NCBI RefSeq assembly: GCF_964355755.1
Contig: NC_092676.1
Span: forward strand, 19,858,871-19,922,870
Direction: 5' to 3'
From: Antedon mediterranea
Taxonomy: Eukaryota > Animalia > Echinodermata
Length of the DNA stretch: 64,000 nucleotides
A program made the position numbers and the translations under genes. This document shows positions 1 through 40,380 of the stretch, one piece after another. The stretch's first letter is position 1. Each line of letters opens with the position of its first letter. The notes below the pieces were generated by a model that was not told where the DNA came from, did no database searches, and saw only the letters and a program-made list of their open reading frames with translations.

Positions 1-28879
<28,879 letters not shown>

Positions 28880-29017
28880 GAATATAAATCTTTATATGAT
28901 TGCTTGACTGATTATTAAGTTGTTTATGCCACCAGCAGAAAAAAAAAAGAGAATTTATTTATCTTTGAATAAAAGATTTTAAAATCGGAATGGTAGTTTA
29001 GTACAAACGTTTTCTTA

Positions 29018-29177
29018 AGCTCTGTCTACACTATCAAACTTTAAGTGACAAAAAAATGTGATGTGCCCATATATTGACATGATGATCTCATATAACTATC
29101 ATATTTGGTCATATTACTACCATATTTGGGTACATCACACTTTTTTTGTCAAACTAGTTTGAAAGTGTAACAGAGCT
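29018..29177. mobile_element. Intact copy of the Harbinger-type MITE in the CKAP5 3'UTR region
   Basis: TTA|agctctgtctacactatcaaact...cagagct|TTA. Confidence 0.85.
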
Positions 29178-31589
29178 TTATAAACATACTTTTACAATAT
29201 TTTGAAGAAAACAAAAGTTAAAATATGCAGTTTCTTCTTGGCTAAATCTCAAGAAAACACATTTAAAAATAGATAATACTGTAACTTCTCGGAATGTTTA
29301 ATTCTAAAAAAAAAAAATATTTACAAATTTATAAATAAGTGGCAAATAAAAAAAGAATGCTTCATAAAGGCTGGACCAATGGTTTTTCTATTTTCAACTG
29401 GTTTGTTTCCAAAATTCAAAGTTAGCAACCTATATTATTCAATTCAAACTACTTTAACATTTATGACTACTTTGTACAGAATGAAGGAGATACAGTATAT
29501 TTTATGCGTGTACGGCCATTTCCGCTGGTATAAGAAAAAAAGCAAATATTTTTCAATAAATGCACACTACCCAAATACTTTCATATTTCCAATTTTCCTA
29601 AATAAATTGTGGATATTTTGAATATATTTTCTGCTTAAATAGGTTATCTTATTTCCGTTGCCTATATTGTCAAGTAATTAATATTTGCTTTGCAAATCTA
29701 GTCTATGAATATTCATAGTTTTGGTTTATTTTGGTTCAAAGTTTAGAAGATATACAGAGAAAATTAACGACGTGTTGAGCAAAAAAGATATTTTGATGTA
29801 GAAATGTACTTACTGTTTTTGTGTGAATTAAGTGGTTGTGTTTTATAGCAATATTGATAAAAATATAAATAATTATCTCATACAATGTCAAACTAGAAAT
29901 TTACAATCAGGTTTATGAATATTCATAATTTTTCATAAATATATTAATTATACATAGATCTGATTTGCATGTGTTATTGTATAAATCAATGCTATGCATT
30001 TTAATAACAATGATATGACAACTTCATCCTGAAGATAGCTGTTGAATATTCATAAGCAGTGGATTATTTATCTATAATTTACATAATATTCATAGAATGG
30101 CATTGAATATTCATGGTTTAATAGGTGAATATTTATAAATAATATTCATGAATCACATTGGAAATGTTAACAGTGTTCATGAATAATTAATATGTTTATT
30201 CATAGTTTAATAGGTGAATATTTATAATCGAATTAATATTCATAGAATTTCATTGACTATTTAAATAAATGTTTCATGAATATTAATATTATTATGTTTA
30301 TTCATAGATTAATAGGTGGGTATGTATAATAATATTCAATATTAACATGTTAATAGATAATGTTTATTAAATGAATATTCATTTCATTGTTTTTTATATG
30401 GCCTCTAGAAAAACAAAATATGCAAAAAGCTTTTCTTATTTTTAAAATACTTTGTGTGTAGACATTGTTGTTTGACGCTTATATTTGCCAATTTGTTTGT
30501 CTTTTAAATTCTTTTGGTTTCAAGATTGTTTAGTTGTTTTTGAAAATTTGTCACAGAAAATTATTGATACAGGATAAGATAATGAGTTTGACTTATTGAT
30601 ATAAAGTTGCTTCCTAAATCTGAAATATAGAAATTAGAGAGAATTTTAATAAATGAATGAAGTGTAATGCAATTAATTTTTAACTAAATGCATTACACTA
30701 ATAAAATTATTAGATTAATGTGATTGGGAACTAGAGTGCAAAAGATGCTCGCTACAAGCCCATAGTCACTGGGGGACCTTTTTCCCTTTCAATCTAAATA
30801 GGCCCAACTAGCCTAGCTCATGAAAAAATCAGTCCCATTTTGAGGTAAAAAGCACCCCATATCCTGGCTATGGGCTTGTACTATCCAATCTATATTATAG
30901 AGAGCACATTGCAAAAAAATTAATTGTACAAAGTTTGTTTATTTATGCTGTACGTTGTGCTAATTGAACGTCAAAAACATTGTATACACTTCATGCAAAC
31001 AAATAGCATATTCTAATAAGAAATATGAGTGTTAATTCATACTTACAGTATATCACATAGAGAATAGTATGACAGATTTTTTGAATGGTGAGTCGAAATT
31101 ACAAAAGAAAATAACATGCATGTTCACTATGGGTTTGACAAAAAACAAAATCTTTGTATAGGGTATAAGACTGTCGATCCCTGCCAGTGCTATAAGGGTA
31201 CTGTTGTAAAGATAGATGAATTACCAATCCCTCAATAACTAATTGGGAGTAAATCATACATCATTATTAAATACATAGATTATTATTAGTCGTACAGCTT
31301 TTAATGTTACAGTATTACATCATCATCATACTAAATCATGTAATGGTAAAATGGTAACCTAACCACAACAATCAACTTAATTAAAATCAAATATGTTAAA
31401 TAATAATAATATTTGTTATTAATACTATTACAGTATTAAAAAAGGCGGATGAATGCTATTTGCATGCGGATGCGAGGAAAAAATAAAATAACTAAAAGTT
31501 ATATATTGTGTCTTATGTTTCTGTTGCTCTGTTATAAATTACTGATACTTTTAGGAATTTTTTTTGTTTTTTGGATTTAAACTACAATT

Positions 31590-31720
31590 GCGATTACGTC
31601 ATCACAAACTCGCTCGATCCGTGACGTGATCGATCATCAATACACGTAACGCTTCAATGAACAACCACGTGCATATCCTACGTGTACGTACGACGTGTGG
31701 TGGTGACGTGACGTGTCTCC
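31590..31720 (+). promoter_or_regulatory. Choline kinase proximal promoter with clustered ACGT-core motifs (CRE/UPRE-like, E-box, HRE-like)
   Basis: Nine ACGT cores in about 120 bp (TTACGTCA, TGACGTGA, CACGTA, CCACGTG, TACGTG, TACGTA and three further GACGTG), 150-280 bp upstream of the first ATG in otherwise CpG-poor DNA. Confidence 0.65.
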
Positions 31721-31867
31721 TCAAAAAGATCACAAACAAACTACTCACGCTTCACACATCGAATCAAACCACCACACACAGAGGATTGTGTTGTTTTTTT
31801 GTATTATAATTTTGTGTATTTATCAAAGTACTGCTGTGTGTTAATCGTTTGTTAATAATATTAACGA

Positions 31868-34800
31868 ATGTTTCTAGCAAGTAAACTAACAAATTACACT
31901 TTTTTGCGATCTGTACGTCTCACGGCCAACAACGTTCTAAGAAATCCCATTCTTTCTTTATATCACAACATGGAGGTTGAGCCCGAGTTCAGAGTGAAGG
32001 CTTTTAACTTGTGTCGTGAATACATCGGAGGAACGTGGTCCAGGCAGAGTGTTAACGATTTCAAGATAATTCCTTTACGGTAAGATAAATGGTGGTATCA
32101 TCAAATACGTTATATTCACTCTGGCTACTTTGTTTAGGATCAATATAAAGAATACTACTACAGTACGCCACGGTCACCCGTGCGTGCTACTACTACTAGG
32201 CCTAGGCTACTAGAGGCCTACTACTAGGCTAGCCCTAATATATTAATTCGGCTTAGTCAGGTTGCCGGAGACGTTTCGTCCCAGTTTTTAGGCTGACCAA
32301 ACTTAATAATTCTTAATATTTTGTTTGGTATTGAACAAGTTTGTTTTAAAGGATAAATGTTTTTCAATGTATATAATACATTTTTAAATTTAAAACACCT
32401 CAGACAGTAAATAGTATTGATTATTAATTAGTAAAAGAATATTAATAATAATATACATGAGAAGGCCTTTCATTGTGAAAAGGTTAACAAAATATATGTA
32501 CTTTCATCATTGCAGCCCAAGTCATCTAACCTAATTCTACATTTCTACATTGGTGTGTGCAGTGAATCGATCTCAATCATTTCTAATCAGTCAATCACAT
32601 GAAGCGAAAGGTTACACACATCAATCATCTATTATTAACCTTTTACATTCTCATTTCAGATTACGCTAATCATCTCGTCTTCATTTCTGCAGATTTTGGG
32701 AGTTCCTTGGACTTAAAAAAAGTAAAATTTGTATTACCCAATGAACCATAAACCAGTTCTCGCATTGTTTTCTTCTTTTTTTCAGTGGTGGTATTAGCAA
32801 CGAAATGTATCTTTGTTATCTTCCAGTTGAGAAATCACCAGGTAGCTTCCACTTAACATCAACAGTGAATCAAGATGGAGGAATCCCACAGTTTAAGGTT
32901 GTCTATGTTCCACAGGAATCATTTCAAGATGTATTCTATGTCATGTTGAATGTTTTTTCTTATGTCTTCATTTGGCTCTGCGAATCTGCGCTCATCCATG
33001 CGGTGTGATAGCATCTACTATTATAGGCAGCGCACCAGTGTTTTTGTATTGTTTTTTTTATAGAAGGAATGATGTTGAAATTTAGCTCGCTGATTCGGTG
33101 TACGGTAATTAGTGTACGGTAATTAGTGTGCTAATCACTGCTTTATATTAAAGCTGCGGATGGCTCCATTTTTTCTCAAGATCGTTATCTGTTAAACTGT
33201 ACAGTATGCTATGGATTACGACATATGGCAACATTTATACGTCATCCTTTCTTTCTGACTGGCTTATTTTTTTTTTTCAACTTTCAGTTGCATATAAATT
33301 TATACTCTAGTATTCATTTATAATTAAGGTACTTTTTTTTCAATATTAATATTCAACGTGCATTGTATGATGACCTAAATATTTATTAAGTTGCAACTTA
33401 GTTTTGGCTTTTTTCTGATTGATTGCCTAACAGTTATTTTTTTAACAAAATTTAATTATTTCTCTAATGAAAAAAGGTTCCTGGATGTGAATTTATTTTC
33501 AGACCCGTACAATTGTACTTTATTACAGTAATCTTTAGTGGAAGCAAGATTTTTTTTTTAAATGAACAGAATATTGCCAGGCATGGGATTTCCTCTTAAC
33601 TTGATTTCTTAAGAATTCATTAAATCGCCTTTAGATCCCATGGCATATAAAAGGTACTCAGGGATTTTTGTTTAACCAAATAAGTTTATAATTTTCTCAT
33701 ATGAGAAGCAGAGATCACTATAAGCAGAGTTTTGAATTAGTAATATTTTTACAGAGAGGAGTAAAAAGGTCATATATTCACTATACACTTTAATAAGAAG
33801 CTTGTTTTATTGGCCAATCATTTTTCCTGAACTGTTTTGTTTTTTCTGCAGAATTTTTACTTCACAGACATTAACTTCCTCGTAATTTTTTCCATATTAA
33901 TAAATGGTATTTTTTCTTCATAATTCCTGCTTCTTTATAGTTTTTTTAAAATGATATTTATTTGTGGAAGAAAAAAATTACCATTTTTATTTTTGGTTTC
34001 TAGTTGTCCAATGACCTTGAAGATCGTAGTGGCGTAGCAGATGAGATACAGTAGTAGTACTCATCATGATACGATACAGTACTCCCAGTAGTGCTCATCT
34101 CGTCTCCGGTTTATTAAATAAGAAATGAATCTCCTTCTTCCCCCCTTCCCCCTTTAAATTGCACATATATATTATATAAGTTTATAATAAATAATACTGT
34201 GTATATTAACTGTAACATTCACTCCAAATTTAACTTTGAACTGTTTTTCATCATTTGTAACCTCTGATCCTATTCATTTTTATATCAATCTAAACACTAC
34301 AAATCTTATCTGTGTGTGTATTTAAATTGTAACACCTAGAACAGAAAATTGAAATTATTTATACCATGGAGAAATATTTCTCCATGTTTATACTAAACAA
34401 TTCTGCAAACAAAATGATTTGTAAAATGTAATCAAGTGTAAACAGATTTATTTATTACTTTATTATTTATAATTTATTAATAAATGTTATTTTTAGATAA
34501 AGTGTTATATACTCTTCTTCAAAGTTTGAAGGGTTTGTTATCAATTTGTATGAAACATATAATTTATTTTATTAAAGTACTTTAAAAGCATCATAAATTT
34601 ATTGAACCAAATTTTTTTTTTTTTGGTAACATGAAAATAAGTTGTTTGTGAAAGTCACCTTCAAGGGACAAAGCTGTGTTTGACCTTCACATGACCTTGA
34701 TTACTAGTTATAGTTTTGACTTTGACCAAAATAATATCACATGATTAGCATTGTTCTGTCAAGTGTATTTTGTGTTTGTAACTTTCCTGCCAACCAATAA

Positions 34801-37800
34801 TTGCTAACATGTTCATTCTATGTCTCAACACCCTAGCTTGCTCAATTTGTATTTTTAAATCTAGTTTTGACAGAGGTTAGTTAGGGAGTCTGATGTTGAG
34901 AGTTTACTATACAAAAGTCTAAACTCTATTCCTTGTATGAATGGTAGGGAAACAAATACAGTACACATTACACATCATCACCATGTTACTGCTGAATATC
35001 TACCATTAAAAATGTTCTACACAGCTTTGTGTGGTTGTGTTTCAGAACTGGTCTTAGTAATTACATTTATCTCTGTTCTCTGCCGCATAAACAGAAACTG
35101 CCTAAAGATGAGCCACGACAGGTGCTACTACGTATTTTCGGCACTATAATTCGAGAAGATGGTGATGCCTCCCTCACCGATAGTATCATTTTTTCGTTGC
35201 TGTCCGAAAGGAAGCAAGCACCAAAGTTGTATGGGGTTTTTCAAGAAGGAAGGCTAGAGGAATACATTCCAGTGAGTAAAGTTCTGTTTACACGATCAAA
35301 CTTTATGTGTGTGCCCATAGATGGACATGATGATGTCATATCACAACTATATTTGGATTTGCATTTCACTTTTTCTTTTAATAGTCAAGAGCATTGCACA
35401 CATACGAACTAAGTAATCCTGAAATATCAAAAGAAATTGCCAGAAAGTTAGCAGAATTTCACCAATTAAATTTTTCTTTTAATAGTCAAGAGCATTGCGC
35501 ACAGATGAACTAAGTAATCCTGAAATATCAAAAGAAATTGCCAGAAAGTTAGCAGAATTTCACCAATTAAATCTACCATTGAGAAAAACTGCTAGTAAGC
35601 TCAATGAACAGATAGATAGGTATGTTTAATATTTAAATTATCATATTATTAATATTAACTACTTGATATTTGTATAACATGTACTGTTACTTACAGCACC
35701 ACTTACTGCGCTGCATTGAAAAATATAAATATCCAGTGTAATGCATCCCTGTGATTGGCTACTACATTTCTGTTTCACTTTACTATATAACCATCTTTTT
35801 CTTGATTTGTGTTAATTTTAATTTGTATTATAAAAACTAAATTTAGAATGCATATAAATGTATATATAAAAATTTGGGTAACATAATTTTTTCAATCTTC
35901 TATCGACTAAAGTCAAAGTATAGTCGTTATCTCGGGACCGATCTATGGCCACCACCAGGTAGGCTTACTTCATTAAGGCTTCTATGAATGGATGTACTGG
36001 TTGAGAGCAGGAACGCTAGTAGACCAAACCCAGTACCGTTTTGATTACAATCAATCGGGAAATTACCTCACGATGTATTAGGAAAATTTTTCATTCATTT
36101 TCAGGTGGATGAAACAGTATACAGGGTTTATGGCCAAGGCATCCGGAAAGAAACGTGACGAATTTGCAAGATTTGCATCATATAACTTGGAGAAAGAGGC
36201 AGAATATGTGAAGTAGGTATTATAAGATGACGACATTAGGTTAAGGATCTGACCGCCTCTGAGTTTTTAATTTTTCAATCAAAAATTGAATTTGGAATCT
36301 TTGGCTTGATATGCCAATGTCCTAAGCTCTGTCCACAATATCAAACTTTATGTGACAAAAAAATGTGATGTGCCCATATATGGACATGATGTCATATCAC
36401 TACCATATTTGGGCATATCACTACCATATACCACTACTCTTTTTATATATCCATTAAACTTTATATATAATTTAATAATAATCTATTAATGATACTTCTG
36501 TGCCTTCCATTCCTATCACCTATGATGATGGTCACAATTTTATCCTGTTAACATAGACTAGTACATTACTTTTATATATGATCAGTATGATAAATTTAAA
36601 TATACAAATTGTCTTCAAACTTTTACTTTTCATTTCTTTAAGGAAACTAGTAAATGCTTCTGAGAGTCCGGTTTTATTTTGTCACAATGATGCGCAGGAA
36701 GGCAATGTTTTGTATTGCGAAAATGATTCAAGTTTTTCACTAGTGTTAATTGATTATGAATATGCTGGCTACAGCTATAGGTAAGACAAATTTTAAGCTA
36801 TTATATTAAATATTTTTAAATAATTTTCACCTGGTTTAACACCAAAGAAAAATTCTCAAAATGTAAATATTTTATACATTGCACATCCTGATATGTAAGT
36901 TTGATAAACTGATTTTCCATTGACAGAATGATATACATATTACACTTTTTTTTTTACATTTACAGGGAACACGATTTCGGAAATCATTTTTGTGAATGGG
37001 CCATCAATAACAACACGGATGAATACCCGTACTACTCAATAGACATGAGCAAATATCCATCGGAAGAGCAGCAGTTGTTTTTCTTTAGAGCTTACATGAA
37101 AAGCGCCGGAATACCTTGCAGTAAAGAAGATGAAGAATTATTCCTTAGAGAATCTTTTAGGTAATTCACTATTTGTTTAATGCATTTGCAGTAAACTCAT
37201 AATTTGATCAATCGGACGTATCCTTATATGAGAAGACCAGAACTAATAGTGCTTTGAATATTTGCCAATAATTAGTAGCTGGCAAAATGTATTATAAAAT
37301 ATAAGGTCAACTATGAAACTACTGACCCATGACTGTGCTTTAACGGTTCCACATACGTAACCAGTGGCGTAATGCACGGGGCAAATGCCCTTGTTTTAGC
37401 ACTCCTAAGGAGCGCTCTGGGTCTACTCAACTTCCAGGGCTACTCAACCTTTGGGCATCTTGAACTCTGGGGCCTCTTGACCTCTGGGACCTCTGGGCCC
37501 TTGACCTCTGGGACCAGCCGTTACGCCACTGCACAGAACGTGCAAGTTCTATGTGTACATGTTTTTATTTTATTCACTGTCTATCTAGGTTTGCAATAGC
37601 AAGTCACTTTCGATGGTCTATCTGGTCAGTAGTTCAAGAAAATTTATCAAATACAGCATTTGGTTTCTTGGTAAGTATCTTTTTTCTTACATTTCACCAT
37701 TTACACATACTTTTTTAAAATTCTCTTCGCCCCAGTGAACCCCTATTATGGGAACACCTTTGGGACACTAGAAAGTGTCCCCTGAATAAAGATGTCCTCT

Positions 37801-38845
37801 GAATAAAGATGTCCTCTGAATAGGGGTGTCCCCTGAATAGGGGTGTCCCCTGAATAGGAGTGTCTCCTGAATAGGAGTGTCCCCAGGATAGAGATGTCCC
37901 CTGAATATGGGTATCCTGACTGTATTACTTGACTGACTGACTGACTTGCCTCGCTGCCAAATATCCAATACCTGCAACTAAATGCTAAAACAATTAAATG
38001 TTTAAGTGTCAATATTGTAACAAGATAAAGCTATGTCTACAAACTAGTTTGACAAAAAAAAAAGATGTGATGTAAGCTAAATGAATATGAATGTTTATTA
38101 TTATTTTTATAAATCTACTTTATCTAAATTGAATTTTTTCTTTAATATGTTGAGTAAACCGTAGACCCCTTACATTGGAACCACGTTAAATGATAGAATT
38201 TTACTGCTGCTATATAAGGAAATTAAACTTTATTTATTTATTCACACCCTTTATTACTACAAGACCAGCCATTTCTGTTAAAAACACAGATAACAACATC
38301 AAACAATGTAACCAGTATTTACAATCTTAAACCATCAATTAAATATCAACCAAATGAGCACAGTACTTCAAACTATATATGTTACACCACATACTGCAAT
38401 AGAGCACTGTGGCGCAGTGGTTAGAGCATTGGACTTGCAATCAAGAGGTTTCCGGTTCAAGCCCGGCCCGATCACTGCAGTGTTGAGTCCTTGAGCAAGA
38501 TTCTTTATCCACGTTGTTCCTCCCCACCCAGGTGATACAAATGGGTGCCGGTATGTAAAAAGTACTGGGAAGGTAAATCAGACTTGTTTGTGAGGGCGGA
38601 GTGGCGTACCCCCACAAACATACACACTTAGTGGAGTCTGGCCCAAACGCTAAGGAAATGGAGATGGGCACCGTTAGCATTTGCTTTGGGGTCGACCTTA
38701 CCTTTTTACTTTTTTACATACTACGCCAAGAAATTTTTATTATTGTTATTTTTGTTTTATTTAGGAATATGCAGAGGACCGTCTAAAAATATATTCAGAA
38801 TTAAAGAAACAAATTCCAGAAAGACTGAATTTTCCAGCTGAATAA
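31868..38845 (+). CDS. Choline/ethanolamine kinase (CHKA/CHKB family), complete, 8 coding exons
   Basis: Exons 31868 (or ATG 31970)-32079, 35046-35271, 35486-35619, 36105-36212, 36643-36780, 36966-37160, 37589-37670, 38765-38845 (TAA). Motifs: CREYIGGTW, RTGLSN ATP loop, EPRQVLLRIFG, PKLYGVFQEGRLEEYIPSR, Brenner motif FCHNDAQEGNVL, choline-kinase motif LIDYEYAGYSYREHDFGNHFCEW, and ASHFRWSIWSVVQ..FGFLEYAEDRL. Confidence 0.95.
32786..33008 (+). CDS. Alternative exon 2a of choline kinase (paralogous start, hydrophobic tail, in-frame TGA)
   Basis: Strong ttcttcttttttttcag-type acceptor in the same phase as exon 2b; reads GGISNEMYLCYLP versus TGLSNYIYLCSLP in exon 2b; open for 73 codons to TGA. 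Confidence 0.65.
35370..35571 (+). repeat. 101-bp tandem duplication spanning the choline kinase exon-3 acceptor
   Basis: tttttcttttaatagtcaagagcattgc...caccaattaaa occurs twice with about 3 substitutions. Confidence 0.95.
37733..37923. mobile_element. Tc1/mariner (pogo-like) MITE with internal 18-19-bp tandem repeats
   Basis: CAGT...ACTG|TA ends; repeated gtgtcccctgaatag; related fragments near 2808, 11870-12003, 14290-14342, 26880-26970, 27820-27975, 53955-54100 and 54491-54765. Confidence 0.65.
38403..38715 (+). mobile_element. tRNA-derived SINE (second family)
   Basis: A box TGGCGCAGTGG, B box GGTTCAAGCC, body gtccttgagcaag...ccacccaggtgatacaaatgggt, (ACCTTT)-type tail; related fragments near 17035-17220, 43700-43860 (reverse) and 59720-59870. 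Confidence 0.8.
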
Positions 38846-40121
38846 ATTGTCGAAATATTTGCAATATTGTATAATTATGAATACCTTCAACTCAAAATAG
38901 CTTTTTTGTTCTATGCATGGATTAACAAATTGTTAAGCTGATACAGCTCACAGATTTTAACCAAACTTTTAACAACAAAAAACCCTGAAATAATTGTATA
39001 AATGTAAGCATAGCTTAACGTGAATGTATTTACTGTGTGATTGATTGATTTAAAGCTCGCCCACTTTCCCTAAGCAAGCAGTATAAGTGTTATCATTTGT
39101 AATTAATGTGAAAAAAAAGTCATGTATTAAAAAATGACAATGTTTGGCAGTCACAATGTAATAACCCAGAGGGCAGCAGACTAAGCAACACAAAATGGTG
39201 ATAATTTAACGATGCAATGAAGGTGTTTACAAAAATAATAATGTTCACAATTGGAATTGGGATCAACTCCCTTCTTTTTTTTTCAATGAAACAGATATTT
39301 CTGTAATAGTTTTGTAGTTTTCACATGTCAATTGTTTGGAATATTTGACAATAATAAGATCAAACTTGCTAGGAACAGACATATTGGTGCATGGCCATGT
39401 ATGGCTTCATAGTAACATATGTTAAGTGGCATAATGCATGGGACACAGGCCCCTGGTTTAGCACTCCTAATGGGCCCACCAATACTGGGTAGTTGCATTG
39501 GGGCTGCTTATGCTTTGGGGCCCCTTAAGCTCTGGGCCCTTGGGTTTAGCCAGGGAGCGCTCATAGCCGTTATGCCATTGCATATGATCTGCAGAAGCTG
39601 TATAATAACGAGACATTCCATTGATTGCCAATGTCTATTCAAAATATAAATATATATAACAATACATAATTAAAGAAGTCCCCATTGAGTGGGGACTCAT
39701 ACTTGAGGGTGAACTCTGCTTGAATATGAATGAATATATAGTATATATCTATATACTCGCAAATGTATTCCTAATGCATAGCATAGTGTATAGTATAATC
39801 AGTAAGTAACATACACTGCATTGTATATGTATGTGTGTGTGTATACCACTCTTATAAGGTGGTGGTCTTGGGTATTTTATAAATGTTTAGTTAAGATAAG
39901 ATTTACTTTAGATTGTATTGTAGATTTCAACACATTCTTTTTAACAATTTGTTTTATGAATATACTATATGTATAGTATATTACTGCATTTGTGTGGTGC
40001 TGATTGGGGTAGTTAAATTGTGCTTTGAAATAAGTAATATGATTGTGCTAAACTACTCAACAGTATTCAAAGATTTAACTATTTACTTGTGTAAATATAT
40101 ATAACTTCAATAATAAAAAAA

Positions 40122-40380
40122 TTAATAATAATAATAAACAGTATTTATATAGCGCCTAATGGATCACTGACCCCTCTAGGTGCTTTACATTAGAACTTAA
40201 CTAATGGTAATAAACTATCCCCCGCCGGACACCATTCCGGTATTTCTTAGTCAAGGTTTCGGGGATGGAGACAATCAATAATGTGAAGAAAAAAATGTAA
40301 CTAAGCTTAACTATGTTTAACTAAGATAAAACTATCCCCCGCCGGACACCATCCCGGTATTTCTGAGTCAAGGTTTCTGA
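40122..40380 (-). mobile_element. L2/CR1-type LINE or SINE 3' tail fragment with local 50-bp duplication
   Basis: Reverse complement tgtaaagcacctagag...taggcgctatataaatac...(tat)n; aaactatcccccgccggacacc..gtcaaggtttc repeated at ~40212 and ~40329. Confidence 0.55.

Noticed and set aside
38403-38475. tRNA-Cys(GCA) gene
   Set aside because: It has A/B boxes and a GCA loop but no proper acceptor stem, and it continues into a SINE body
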